From the NCBI GenBank assembly GCA_038087875.1, contig JAXLNO010004671.1, forward strand, positions 558,001 to 622,000: a stretch of DNA of 64,000 bases, given 5' to 3'. The notes under the pieces are model-generated. The model was not told the origin of the DNA and made no database searches. It saw only the letters and a program-made list of their open reading frames with translations. A program made the translations under genes and the position numbers. Positions 49,421 through 63,680 of this stretch are shown here, piece after piece. This DNA comes from Malacoraja senta. Lineage: Eukaryota. Within the stretch, counting starts at the first letter, position 1. Each line of letters begins with the position of its first letter.

Positions 49421-51464
49421 CAACTTGAGCGAGACCTTCTCTTATTATTTGGGAGTCAAATTATGAAACGGGCTTAGTGATGAGTTGAAATTTTGTAGCT
49501 CTCTGTCGAGATTCGAAAAAACATTAAAATGTAAAATAATTAAGGATAATAATGTAAAATGATTAAAATGTAAAATAAGTAAGGATTACAATTTAGTCAT
49601 TTTTTTTCTTTCATTTGTAATGATGATATTCTGGGTTATCTTATCTTATGGATTGTATAGGATAGGCAAAAATAAGCTTTGTGGCTTCAGCCTATTCCTT
49701 TTTCGGTCAGTGATTATGTGAACGTTGTGTGAAAGGGATACAGTGTTGTTTCATATTCACATAGTATGTAAAGTTTTTTTTTAAATGTATGACCAAAATA
49801 AACTATTCATTCATTCATTCATATCCTCAAAGTTGTCCTTGCCCCAGTTGAGCATTTTAACAAGTGGACCCTCTCCGTCCTGATCCATAATTATCTTAAA
49901 CCTAATCGAACTGTGGTCACTTGTCCCAAAAGGCTCCTCCACACACACACACTTCATTAACTTGTCCTTCCCAAATTCCCAATACTAGATCCAGCGTTGC
50001 CCTCTCACGTGTGAGGGCCTCCACACACTGTTTAAGAAAATTCGCATGCAAATTTATGAGGAATTGCACCCCATCAAAATCCCTCACGCTATGATATTAC
50101 CCAGTCTATGTTGGGGAAGTTGAAATCCCCTACTATAACAACATTTTTAACCTGCAGCTGTCTGCAATCTCCCGGCACATTTACTCTTCTGTTGCCCGTT
50201 GAATATTTGGGGGTCTGTAGTTAACCCCCAACAAGGTGATTAATCTGTGGTTACACAGACTTTCGCACATATTGTGCACATGCTGAGATTGCATCATAGT
50301 TTGGATAATGACGTGAACGAGTGTAGAATATAGAATTATATGAGAGACTCCGTTCTTGTGCAAGAGAAGAGTGAAGAGCAAAATTAATTCTTCATCACGC
50401 CCACTTCAACGTTCACTACCTCCAGAGCGGCCAAGAAGTACTGATGTAGTGACAAGCCGCAAGAGGCCTAAAACGATCTAAAGGATGGGAAGAATGGTGC
50501 GAGATTAATTTTAGCACTCAGGAATGTGATATGATACATTTTACGGAAAAGAGTAAGGAGAGATAACGGAGGCAAAGCTAAACATTTCTGAGGTGTAGGT
50601 ATATAAACAGAGGGTTTGGTTATGTTGCATTTTTTATGCCGTGATATGGATGGAGAATAATTGAAAGCAGGGATTTCATGTACTCCATGTTTGTCCAGTG
50701 CTGATTAGATCAATACATTGCTTACACTTGAATGTTTTGGTCCAATTCTCCCTCACCCTTTTCCGTATTACCCACTGCGCGTGCAACCTTTTCTCCCAAT
50801 ATACATGCCCACTTTCCCACTTCCCGTTTCCCTTTTTGATTTGAAGCCAGAACCATATACTTCCCTCGATTTATATTAACTCCTCTTCGCTACATATTTC
50901 ATTTCCATTTGCCTGCCTTTCATCTCTAGGCTTGTCCGCTCAATTACCAAAGTAATCCCTCTCACCAGTATCTATTTGTCGCACCTTGCCCCGCCCCTCA
51001 CCCCACCTCTTTTTCACCTATCTTTTCCACTTCGTTCAGCGTCCAGTATCTTACCCGGAACGTTGCCTATGCGATCTTTCCACATATGCTGCCTGACTCT
51101 AGCACTTTATATGTTGCTGAATATTCTGGTATCTGCAGTTATTGTGTCTCCACCAAAGCTCCGTCATCAAATTCATGCCAGTTGTGAAGGTATGAAACAA
51201 ATCCGTCAAGTGGTTCCAAGGGCAATGGGTTTAAACGTCAGGCTTGGTTAGACAAGTGGGGCTATAATCCATGCAGAGAGAAGGATTTGATCGTGATGTA
51301 CGGCGGCAGAACATGATTTGATGGGGCCAATAGTGGGGAAAATATATCATCCGTGTAGCGCTCGTGGCAATGACTAGATGGTTAGAATGTTGGGCAAAAC
51401 GGATGATGCGAGAAAAAGCTTGCTCAGAAATGTTAAAATAAGTTATTCGGAAGCTACTGCCTTT

Positions 51465-53700
51465 AAGACAATAGACAATAGGTGCAGGAGTAAGCTATTA
51501 TACCCTTCAGGCCAGCACCGCCATTCACTTTGATCATACACAATCAGTACCGTGTTCTTGCCTTCTCCCCATATCCCTTGATTCCGCTATCTTTAAGAGC
51601 TCTATCCAACTCTCTCTTGAAAGCATCCGGAGAATTGATCTCCACTGCCTTCGGAGGCAGAGAATTCCACAAATTCACAACCCTCTGGTTGAGAGTAAAA
51701 TTCCTCATCTCCGTTCTAAATAGCCTACCCCTTATTCTTAAACTGTGGCCCCTGCTTTTGGAGTCCCCCAACATCGGGAACATGTTTCCTGCCTCTAGCC
51801 TGTCCAATCCCTTAATAATTTAATACGATTCAATAAGATCCCTTCTAATCCTTCTAAATGCCAGCGCACACAAGCTCAGTCACTCCAATTTAACAACATA
51901 TGAGAGTCCCGCCATCCCGGGAATAAACATCGTGAACCTACGCTGCACTCCCTCAATAACAGTAATGTCTTTCCTCAAATTTGGAGACCAATACTGTACA
52001 CAATACTCCAGGTGTGGTCTCACTGGGGCCCTATACAACTGCCGAAGGACCTCTTTGCTCCTATGCTCAAATCTTGTTGTTATGAAGTCTAACATTCCAT
52101 TAGCTTTCTTCACTTCTTGCTGCACCTGCATGCTTACTTTCAGTGACTGAACAAGGACATCTAGATCTAGTTGTACTTCCCCTTTTCCTAACTTGACACC
52201 ATTCAGATAATAATCTGCCTTCCTGTTCTTGCCACCAAAATGGATACATTTCAATTATCCACATTAAACTGCATCTGTCATGCATCTGCCCCCTCACCCA
52301 ACCTGTCCAAGTCACCCTGCATCCACATAGCATCCTCCTAACAGTTCACACTGCCACCCAGCTTTGTGTCGTCTGCAAATTTGCTAATGTTTCTTTTAAT
52401 CCCTTCTTCTAAATCATTAATATATGTTGAAAATCGTTGCGGTCCCAGCACCGAGCCTTAAGACACCCCACTAGTCATTACCTGCCATTCGGAAAGGGTC
52501 CCGTTTATCCCTACTCTATTTGTTTCCTGTCTGTCAACCAATGTTCTATCCATGTCAGTACCCTACCCTCAATACCATGTGCTCTAATTTGGCCCACTAA
52601 TCTCCTACGTAGGACGTTATCCAAGGCTTTCTGACAATCCAGGTACAGTACATCCACTACCTTATCTTTTCTCCCCGGATTGCCTTTTGTAGTTATGTTG
52701 CTCTTTAAAAGTTACCTAATCCTCTGGCTTCTCATCTTTGCTGTGTGACACTTCTTCTCTTTTATTTTTATACTGTACTTGACTTCCCTTGTCAGCCACG
52801 ATCGCCACTTACTCCCCTTAGAATATTTCCTCCTCTTTGGAATTAACTGATCCAGCACTTCTGCATTATTCCAAGAAATACCGGGAATTGTTGTTCCACA
52901 ATCATTCCTGCTTGGGTCTCTTTCCACTCAACATTGGCCAGCTCCTCCCTCATAGCTCTATAGTCCCCTTTGCACAACTGTAATACTGTCACTTCCGATT
53001 TTCCCTTCTCCCGCTCAAATTGTAGATTAAAACTTATCATATTATGGTCACTATCTCCTATTGACTCATTTACCTCGAGTTTACTTATCAAATCCAATTC
53101 ATTACATAACACTAAATACAGAATTGATTCTCCCTGGTAGGCTCCTGTACAAGCTGCTCTAAGAATCCATCTCGGAGGCACACAACAAACTCCCTTTCTT
53201 GGGGTCCAGAAGCAATCTGATTTTTCCAGTCGACCTGAATGTTGCAATCTCTCAGAACCACCGTAGAATTACCTTTGCGACATGCCAATTTTAACTCTTG
53301 ATTCAACTTGCACCCTTTATCCAAGCTACTGTTTGGGGCCTGCAGATAACTCCCATTAGGGTATATTTACCATTAGAATTCCTCAGTTCTAGCCTTACTG
53401 ACTCGACATCTCCTGATTCTATGTCTCCCCTCACAAGGGACTGTATTTCATTACTTACTAGCAGGGCTACCCCACCAACTCTGTTTGACTTTTGATAGGA
53501 CGTATAACCTTGAATATTCAGTTCCCAGCCCTGGTCCTCTTGCAGCCATGTCTCTCGAATTCCCACAACATCATACTTGCCAATTTCTAACTGAGCCTCA
53601 CGCTCATCCACTTTATTTCTTATACTTCATGCATTCATATATACTATTTTTAATCCATTATTCATCTCACCTTTCACATCGATACCGGTGGCCATACTCT
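51465..53700 (-). mobile_element. CR1 (CTATTGT-tail subfamily) with APE and RT fragments and an internal deletion
   Basis: acaatagacaataggtgcagg tail; YDVVGIRETWL, ESVRLEL..GVICRP, GDSDHNMISF, RPHLEYCVQYW. Confidence 0.85.
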
Positions 53701-55041
53701 CGTATCCATTCGTGAGTGTTCTGCCCCGTTAATTCGGGTGTCTTTCTTTCGGGTGTCTTTCTCTTTAACTCCATTCTTCTATTTCCAATTTGTCTCTCCA
53801 CCCCCCCCCCCCCACACTATCTAGTTTCAACCCACCCGTGTAAGGCTGGTGGGTACAAATAGTGGGCTCAAAGGGGACTTCGTTCGGCCCTTGAACGATT
53901 TGAAAGTCCATAAGGAAAACTGAAAGAAGGCTGAGGTGACGAATTGTTCCACCAAGATACACACATATACATATATTAGTAGAATGATCCCTGATGTGCC
54001 AAACGTATTTGACGAGGATTTGGGGACCAAGGATGTCACATCCATTGGCATTAGCAAATGCTGAATACTCTATTGTGATTTTGCAACCTGAGAAGTCTAT
54101 TGAGTGCATATTAGATGCAGAAATCCTCCAATACAATCATCGCAACGATTAATTAGACACAGAATGCCTTGGGTCAAATGTAAATATTCTCTTGACAAAG
54201 GGAGAAACACACCGTAATTCTGTTGCCAAAACAGAAAGGCGTACACAGAAAAGCCTGCCCTACATTATTCTTTCAGCATTTCGCAGTAATTGTGAAAGAT
54301 GTACCACTACTGAATTTTCCATAAGAATATACATAACATACTGACATTGTCCTTTGAGAGGTTGGGGAAGAGATATCTGGGAAATGGATGCGATTCGTGT
54401 GTTGGGGAGAGGGTTGTGATGATGAGAGATTAGAATGTGAGCGTGATTTTAGGCAATATCTAAAATGATGACAGGCATAGATAGGGTAGAGAGCCAGTCC
54501 CCCCCTCCCCCCCCCAGGATGGACATGTCAAATACGAGATAACAAATGTTTAACGTGATTTGGCAAGTAATAGCTGGATATATGTGAATAGTGGTGATTG
54601 GAATGATTAAATGTGATATTTCTGCACATTATTCAACCATGACTGATGCATTTCTCTCTCCTAACCCCATTCTCCTTCCTTCTCCCAATAACCGCTGACA
54701 CCTGTACGAATCAGAAATCTATCTATCTGCCTTAAAAATATCCATTGACGGCCTCCACAGCCTTCTGTGACAAATAATTCCACAGATTCACGGCCCTCTG
54801 ACTAAAGACATTTCTCCTCAACTTCTTGCTAAATGAACATCCATTAATTCTGAGGCTTTGACCTCTAGTCCAAGACTCTCCTTCTGGTGAAAACATACTC
54901 TCCACATCCTCTCTATCCAAGCCTTTCACTATTCGGTATGTATCAATCAACCCCCCCTTCACTCATTCTTCTAAACTCTAGCGAGTGCAGGCCCACTTCC
55001 GACAAGCGTTTATCATAGGTGAATCTACTCATTCCTGGAAT

Positions 55042-56526
55042 CATAGAAACATAGAAACATAGAAACATAGAAATTAGGTGCAGGAGTAGGCCATTCGGCC
55101 CTTCGAGCCTGCACCGCCATTCAATATGATCATGGCTGATCATCCAACTCAGTATCCCGTACCTGCCTTCTCCCCATACACTCTGATCCCTTTAGCCACA
55201 AGGGCCACATCTAACTCCCTCTTAAATATAGCCAATGGACTGGCCTCGACTACCCTCTGTGGCAGAGAGTTCCAGAGATTCACCACTCTCTGTGTGAAAA
55301 AAGTTCTTCTCATCTCGGTTTTAAAGGATTTCCCCCTTATCCTTAAGCTGTGACCCCTTGTCCTGGACTTCCCCAACATCGGGAGCAATCTTCCTGCATC
55401 TAGCCTGTCCAACCCCTTAAGAATTTTGTAAGTTTCTATAAGATCCCCTCTCAATCTCCTAAATTCTAGAGAGTATAAACCAAGTCTATCCAGTCTTTCT
55501 TCATAAGACAGTCCTGACATCCCAGGAATCAGTCTGGTGAACCTTCTCTGCACTCCCTCTGTGGCAATAATGTCCTTCCTCAGATTTGGAGACCAAAACT
55601 GTACGCAATACTCCAGGTGTGGTCTCACCAAGACCCTGTACAACTGCAGTAGAACCTCCCTGCTCCTATACTCAAATCCTTTTGCTATGAAAGCTAACAT
55701 ACCATTCGCTTTCTTCACTGCCTGCTGCACCTGCATGCCTACTTTCAATGACTGGTGTACCATGACACCCAGGTCTCGCTGCATCTCCACTTTTCCTAGT
55801 CGGCCACCATTTAGATAATAGTCTGCTTTTCTGTTTTTGCCACCAAAATGGATAACCTCACATTTATCCACATTATACCGCATCTGCCAAACATTTTCCC
55901 ACTCACCCAGCCTATCCAAGTCACCTTGCAGTCTCCTAGCATCCTCCTCACAGCTAACACTGCCCCCCCAGCTTAGTGTCATCCGCAAACTTGGAGATAT
56001 TGCCTTCAATTCCCTCATCCAAATCATTAATATATATTGTAAATAGCTGGGGTCCCAGCACTGAACCTTGCGGTACCCCACTAGTCACTGCCTGCCATTG
56101 TGAATAGGACCCGTTTACTCCTACTCTTTGCTTCCTGTTTGCCAGCCAGTTCTCTATCCACATCAATACTGAACCCCCAATGCCATGTGCTTTACGTTTG
56201 TATACTAATCTCTTATGTGGGACCTTGTCGAAAGCCTTCTGGAAGTCCAGATACACCACATCCACTGGTTCTCCCCTATCCACGCTACTAGTTACATCCT
56301 CGAAAAATGCTATAAGATTCGTCAGACATGATTTACCTTTCGTAAATCCATGCTGACTTTGTCCAATGATTTCACCACTTTCCAAATGTGCTGCTATCCC
56401 ATCTTTAATAACTGACTCTAGCAGTTTCCCCACTACCGATGTTAGACTAACTGGTCTGTAATTCCCCGTTTTCTCTCTCCCTCCCTTCTTAAAAAGTGGG
56501 GTTACGTTTGCTACCCGCCAATCCTT
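55042..56526 (-). mobile_element. Young CR1 nested in an older same-strand CR1 (host ~54650-55041, resuming at ~56527)
   Basis: catagaaac x3 tail and RT motifs; host attcctggaat resumes as tcttgtaaacatcctc. Confidence 0.9.
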
Positions 56527-59500
56527 CTTGTAAACATCCTCGGGTCCATCTCCCACTTTAAATTTAATGCAAGCATTGAGTTTAGGTTTCTGGAATGCAG
56601 TGTCAATGGGGATGGTCGCATCGGTTTTAAATATATAAGAGATATTTTGCTTAACACAGGATCTAGGGGGGGGGGAGCAATAAGGAGTTTGTAGAGCAGA
56701 TGGGATACATTCCTTGTCAGAACGGACATCGTGGGCAAAAGCACCTGTTCCTTTGTAGCAGTGTTCCATGTCCTGTTCCTTTGTTGTAGTGTTCATTCGT
56801 CGAACGAGGAAGCTGATGTCGGAATGAATGTCTTTCTTTAATCATTTAATAATGTCATAATCTATTAATATTTCTCTTGTTGTTACAACTTCATAACCTC
56901 CTTTGACCAAAAAATCCCAAATATCTTCTCCCCTTTCTCGATTGACTCACCTATATTATGTGCACGTGTTCTTGACACAACAGCTACGGACTTATCAATC
57001 CTATATCTACCCTGGCAAGCTACTGAAGAATTGTCAAATTTGTACAGACCATAACCCATCCATCCAAATTCATGAGTTAGTCCTCTTTCTGATCAATCTT
57101 TCCAAAATAAGTTATTCTTCTTCTCACTCCTTTTCGAGCTTGTACAGACTCTGAGTTGGACATTGGAACCTTGATTTTGTTCTTCTCATTTGTAAATGTT
57201 GATTGCAATGTTCAATTGTTTGATAATTTCGATTTTGTTAATATCAATGTCTTTAATGTCTTTACTTGTTCGGAATAAATAAATAAATAAAAATAAAACT
57301 GGATAATTCCCTATCCTCCCTAATATCTCCTTGGGTTTTTTTTGCGATTGAGTTGAAGTTCCACACATGCAATGTGAATTCTCCCTTTTTCCACTCATAC
57401 CACCTAGCTTGTACTGTTCCTTCCAAAACGACTGATGTTGTATCTCAAATTTGCATACGCTTCTGATTTTTCCTTCGACTTTTCGTTCGCTAGAAAACCA
57501 TTGTTGCACTCATTCACAAGTGAGTCTTAGTCGGTGTAAAATGCATATTAAAAGAAGCAACATTAAAATATGCAATACTAAAATATGCATGTACTGTATC
57601 ACCGGGAGTTACAGAATACACAGTAGACCTCTTTACGTTGCACTCGTCTTTCCTTACAACAAATCCCAAGATACCCCTTCCTCCTAATTGCCTAATGTAC
57701 CAGCTTGTATCAGTCCATAATTCATGTTCATGTCCATGAACATCTCCTAATCACAGTCGTTTTTCTTTAAATATATCCCGATCAAACACAAATATTTGCT
57801 CAATGCAATTCAAGAACTTTTAAAGAATTACCCCAATGCCAACCATGTACGTCCAGATATTCTTAAATCCCATTCTTTACAGGAAGGTTCCAAGGGCCAT
57901 TTAGATCCTCGAACATAGACGCATACAGTGCTGCTGATCTAACACTTTCCTACACTTGAGGAAGAATGTCCCCACTTGTCGTGTCACTTCCCCACGGCAT
58001 CGTGTCGTGGCCGTTGAGTTGCTGCCTTAGTGCCAGAGACGATGTTTTAGTGACGGCAACAATCTCAAACTCAATTTAGAGACGGCAACAATCCTCACAG
58101 ATGAGACATAGACTTTCTAGTGCCTTTCCAACCTTGTCTATTGCTTTAGCCGCACCCACTACATCAGCAAGACCAAGTAAGGTTTCGGCGAACACTGTCG
58201 GAAAGTGTCTGCTGGTGTTCCCATTTGAGAGCAATTCAATCTCCCTTCCACTTCCCATTCTGACTTTTCTTTCCACCACTTGTACAAGAAGGGTGAAATG
58301 TTACTGGAAGGGCAGGAATGATTGATTGATATTAAACTGCTGAGGATGTGTGAAGAGTCGAGTGACGAAATCCGGTTACTGATTTGCCTATATGCATTAA
58401 ATGGTATCAAATCGCACCGGCTGCTTATCTGCATCCTCCAGTACATACTGCCCCATTGCCATCAATGGGCATATTCCTTACTTTGGTCACCAGGTGAACA
58501 TTCCACCGATTATATCTCTTCTTCGATTTATCCATTTACTCGCCCATTTCCTCTTTGAAGCAATCCAAGCAACATTTTCCTTACCGTGCCGTGCTGTTTA
58601 GGGGTATTTTCTGATTGCATATTTCAAGCATTTATTTTGGTATTATTTCCTGTTTTATTAATAGATTTTCGATATAGAACCAATGTAGGCATAAATACGC
58701 TCTTCGGGCCCTCTCGCACTGAACATATGGCTTGCTTTGCGTTCACTTTCTGAAGCGCGAGGAATATGGGGAAATTGCAAACTCATGGAAGCTCCAATTT
58801 GATGTTATTCAGCAAATTAATGTTGCAATGAAGGAAACTGATAGGAAGCAGCATTTTAACACAATTGAAGATATTCATAAATTTGCTATTAATGTGCTTC
58901 TCATAATAGTTCCTTTGACGACTTTACCGTCAAACGCTCATTATATATTAACCTAATCATTATCTGGATCATTGCCATAAAACTTCTATGTACCGTCTAC
59001 AATGCCCGCACGTGCTTCCTCAGATATGGGGCATAAACTGCTCATAATGCTCCAAATGTGCCTATCCAGTGCGTTATAAAGTCTCAATATTAAAGCTTTG
59101 CTTTATATTGAATTCTCCTCGAAATAAACGCTAACATTGCATTTGCCTTTCCGCGGCAGCTGGCCAGCAACACAAATCTCCTGCATAGATAGGCGTAGGC
59201 ACGATAGTGCGTGTTAACTTTAGGGAGCCAGATAGGTTTCTTTCTACAGTATTCCTCAATGGGGACAGTGGAGCCTCTGGCCCGGACATGCCGACTAACA
59301 GCAATATATGCTCTCATATTAGTCGAAATGCCTTGTCATTTATGCCATGTTACTGCCTGGAAAGGATTTCCATATATATCTGCCTTCAACTTCAATAAAG
59401 AGGAAACACATATTGATATTTTCTCGATGGATTGGTATGCTTGTCTGGCGTTATTAATGAACCTTTACATGAGATTACACCATACAAGGAAATATTGGAT

Positions 59501-59791
59501 CAGTCTTGCCAATGCGGCATGTAATGGTGATGATGCTGGTCGAGAAATTAATTGCGAAGTGACAGTGGAGGGAAAATATGTAATTAAAATGCATTCATTA
59601 GTTGTCAAATAGATACAGCCTGGTTTGTTGAGTAAAGGATGTTGTAGTGTTCCTGCCCGAACAATTCTACAAGTGGAAATATTTATAAGTGCTGCCTGAG
59701 GACTGCAAAATTGCAAATAACTTTTACATTGCATAGTTCAGACATAAACAATCGAGTCGATTGCGGATCAACCGGGTCATGAAATCCTTAC

Positions 59792-59933
59792 CTTAAATGC
59801 GCAAGAATTTCGGTCCTTTTGATGCCGATTCCTTGTTTCTTCGTTGCAAGCCAACAATATTTTGTGTGTCACAAATTCGTCTGGTTACAGTGAATATCAA
59901 TGCCCGCATTTCTCAGAACAAGAACCAGTCTTT
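59792..59933 (-). other. Candidate non-coding (5'UTR) exon of the NLR gene
   Basis: Strong acceptor ccttttattttcaacag|AAAG and donor TTAAG|gtaagg in unique sequence; stops in all three frames. Confidence 0.35.
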
Positions 59934-60819
59934 CTGTTGAAAATAAAAGGAATGGATTTCACAATTCACTGTAACATGATCTCACAATGAAGTTGGTTCA
60001 ATATTATAAGTAACACCCCTTTTTCTCCTGCACAGAATGACAGTATCTGCGATACTAATTTACAAACAACGACATGCATTTCCAGTTGCGCTAAAAGATG
60101 GCGGTTTCATGCCCCTGACTAATGTGCTTGTTTACCATTTACTGGAAGACGCTGCCACCCGTGGATCACCTTTGATGACTAGACTTATGTCGATGTCATT
60201 GCTTTTGTGCAAGGTGGTTTCCGCACGAGATCCGAATATCGAATTGCAGAAGGCAGCAAATGCATTTTACGTTGTTGTAAGCATAATTATGTCATTAACA
60301 GCGGCTGTTCCAGTCCTCCACCGAATTCGCTTTACTGGCCGATCAATGCTAACTACTGCCATTAAGAACTGGTTATCATGAATGCGTCATCCAGCATTGT
60401 AAAAAGTTTTCTATTATCGTACCGTTTAATTTTCACATGGACCAAGAGCAATACTCGACATAAGGCAACATTATCAAACTGTAATTTAAATTGTTAAGTA
60501 CGATCGAGAAATGGAAATCCGCTCAAAGAGATATTTGGAATTTTAGATTCCACTTTGAGCAGAGAATGTTTTTTAAATTGCAAACTAGGATATATTCAAG
60601 TAATAAATATATACAATACAGCAACCGTGCAAAAAAATCGTCCGACATTCTCGGAGGCTATACATTCAATGCTGTATACACATATTGCACAATCTTCACA
60701 AGTTTATCCCCCACACTTGCCACTCATGTGGCCCATTGGCATGGAATGCCTTCCCCTATTTTGAGGGGCATCTCCACCACAACCTGCTCCTCATGTCCAG
60801 CAGCAGAAAGACCGTAGTC

Positions 60820-61260
60820 TGTGGTCCTCCCCCACAGAGATTTGGCGTTGGCTGCACCGAGCTTCAGCGCATCCCTTAGTACCTACTCCTGCAGTCTGCA
60901 GAGGGCCAGTCTGCGACATTTCCCTGTCACTTCTCTTATGCACACGTCCTTTCTGATGGACTCGGCAAAAGGTTCAATACATCAGGCAAACAAGACAGGG
61001 GAGAGAGGGCAACCCTTCCTGACTCCAGACCTGACGGGGAAGCTGTCTGATTCCCACCCATTGATTTCGACTGCATTACAGATATAGGTGTAGAGCAGTT
61101 AAATCCAATTCCTGATTCCATCCCCAAAGCCCATTTTGGAGAGCACACCACTCATATACGTGTGCGATATCCTGTCGAAGACCTTCTCCTGGTCCAAGCT
61201 GTCTAGGCAGGCATTCGCCCATCTGTCCTGCACGAGGGCAATGGTATCTCTGATTTGTTT
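60820..61260 (-). mobile_element. Tx1-like (L1 clade) RT fragment
   Basis: SLDQEKVFDRISHTYM..KMGFGDGIRNWI..INGWESDSFPVRSGVRKGCPLSP, with stops. Confidence 0.75.
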
Positions 61261-62689
61261 CAAAATTTCAAAATATACTTTATTCAGGTAATAAATGGGT
61301 TAAATCCACAATCACAGAAGCTCATTTGAGCATACACAGAAAGTCTCGCTGTCAGGCGAGGAAGACCTGGACTGGGGAGTGTCAGCGGCTCGGTGTTAAG
61401 GGAGATTACCACATTGCCGATTGCATTAAATCTCACAGAACGGCAGGTTCGCGGCACGGAAAAGATCAGACAATGGGAGGAGGTGGCAAAATGCAAAATA
61501 TGGTCATTAACCTTACCTCGTAGACGTAAGTCGTTTCTGTCTGCATTTCCGTGTGGCTGTTGATCTTTGCTATCTATTTACAGCCATCTATTTACACGGA
61601 TTATCAGTGAAACATCCGTGTATATCGTTCGCCACTAACAAGCTACGAACCTGATCGGCTCTTTCTTCTGGAATGTTCAGCTTTGTGTGTGAACGGTGGG
61701 TTCAACTGAAACATTCCCCAAATGCTCCTGCCGACGAGCGGCCTCTCTGCTGAAATCAAATCAAACCGGTTTGGCAACTTACACACATTTCAACTGTAAA
61801 CAAGCATGGTTATTAACTTTGCTGAAAACACTTAATTAGAAGTGGGGTTAACAACGAAGAAACACATTTAATTTCATAGTTCCATTCGTAGATTTTGTTT
61901 TCTGTTTAACGTCGGCAGTCCTCCTCTACAATAATTTGTTGAACATAATTTACCAAATAAAATAGCTTTTGGTATTGAAATGCTTGTGAGGGCTCCTGAT
62001 TAGACCAGGATGTTAAAATATTTCACTACACCTGCAGAAAGTTTCCACCAGATAATTCCTGAATTTTCGTCTCTTCTCCCGCGGAAATATTTTTGACGAA
62101 TACAACGGTCAATTCGATATTTTTGTGAAAACAGTTGCAAAACTCAGATTCCCTGTTAATTCTTTGCCTATTGCCCTGAATTGATATTTTACATTCAACA
62201 GTCCTTCAAAAATAATCAGACGAATTATTTAACTCGGCTGAATCTACTTTTGAAATTGTATGCCGTTCCTGGCGATCTCACCACATTGCAGTGTACTACT
62301 ATGTGGAGCGCAGATAAAGTTAACGCTCGCAGCTCATTTCAACAATGGAGAAGATTCCAAAACTAAAGGGCACAGGCTTAAGATGAGAGGTGAGTCCCTA
62401 CAATTAACATACCGACATGTTTGGAAATGCGAGCAGAGGTGTTAAATGGGGATTGTAAACGGAGGAACAACATCAGTGAACCAGCGCAAGCTGCTAAAAA
62501 GAAAAAACAAATCTTGCATGTCACTGGTAGTAAAAATAGAAGGAATTTCAAGTTGCTGAGATGAACACAGGCTTAGTAACATTGGACTGAGTTAATTCTG
62601 TCGCATTGTGAAGGGCATGATTATGGTAGGACATGTTCATGCATTACTGCGGTTAGTAGGAATGCGTATTGTTGATTAGGCGTAAAATT

Positions 62690-63680
62690 TCAGTCATAGA
62701 GTCATCGAGTGATACAGTGTGGAACAGGCCCTTCAGCCCAACTTGCCCACACCAGTCAACATGTCCCAGCTACATTAGTCCAACCTGCCTGCGGTTAGTC
62801 CATATCCCTCCAAACCTCTCCTATCTATGTACCTGTCTAACTGTTTCTTTAACAGTGGGATAGTTCCAGCCACAACCACCTCATCTGGCAGCTTATTCCA
62901 TACACACACCACTCTTTGTGTGAAAAGGTTATCACTTAGATTCTTAATAAATCGTTTCCCCATCACCTTGAAACTAGATTCCCCTACTCTGGGCAAGAGA
63001 CTCTGTGCATCTATCCGATTTATTCCTCTCAGGATGTTGTGCAACTCTATAAGCTCACCCCTCATCCTCCTGCGCTCCAAGGTATAGTGACCGGGCCTAC
63101 TCAGCTTCTATAGCTCACATTCTCTTGTCTTGGCAACATCCTCGTAAATCCCCGCTGAACCCTTTCAAGCTTGACAATATCTTTCCTATAACATGGTGCC
63201 CACAACTGAACACAGTGTTCTAAATGCGGTCTCGCCGACGTCTTATTGCAATTGAAAATGATCTCCCAACCTCTATACTCTATACTCTGACTGATGAATG
63301 CCTTTTTGATCACCTTATCTACCTGCGACTCGACCATTAAGGAACCTTGCACCTGTACTCCTAGATCCCTCTGCTCTACAACACTGCCCAGATACCTACT
63401 ATTCACTGTGTAGGCCCTTCCCTTGTTAGACGTCCCAAAAGGCAACACCTCACATTTATCTGTATTAAATCCCATCAACCATTCCTCAGCCCACTGGCCA
63501 ATTGATCCATATCCTGCTGCAATGTTTCACAACCATCTTCGTTATCTGCAAAACGACCCACTTTTGTATCATCAGTAAACTTGCTCATCTTTCCCTGAAT
63601 GTTCTCATCCTAATCATTGATGTAAATGACAAACAGTAACGGGCCCAGCACCGAACCCTGAGGCATGCCACTGGTCACAT
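62690..63680 (-). mobile_element. Older CR1 RT to 3' fragment
   Basis: [47 protein letters not shown] fragments. Confidence 0.8.

Noticed and set aside
10803-56046. Recurrent '[20 protein letters not shown]...' and '[12 protein letters not shown]...' ORFs
   Set aside because: They are antisense or alternative frames of CR1 reverse transcriptase copies, repeated only because the element is repeated.
56530-59700. AT-rich segments with short ORFs (e.g. 57186..57509, 58732..58956, 59211..59612)
   Set aside because: No recognisable motifs or splice-bounded frames; partly decayed repeats. I could not classify them without a database search.
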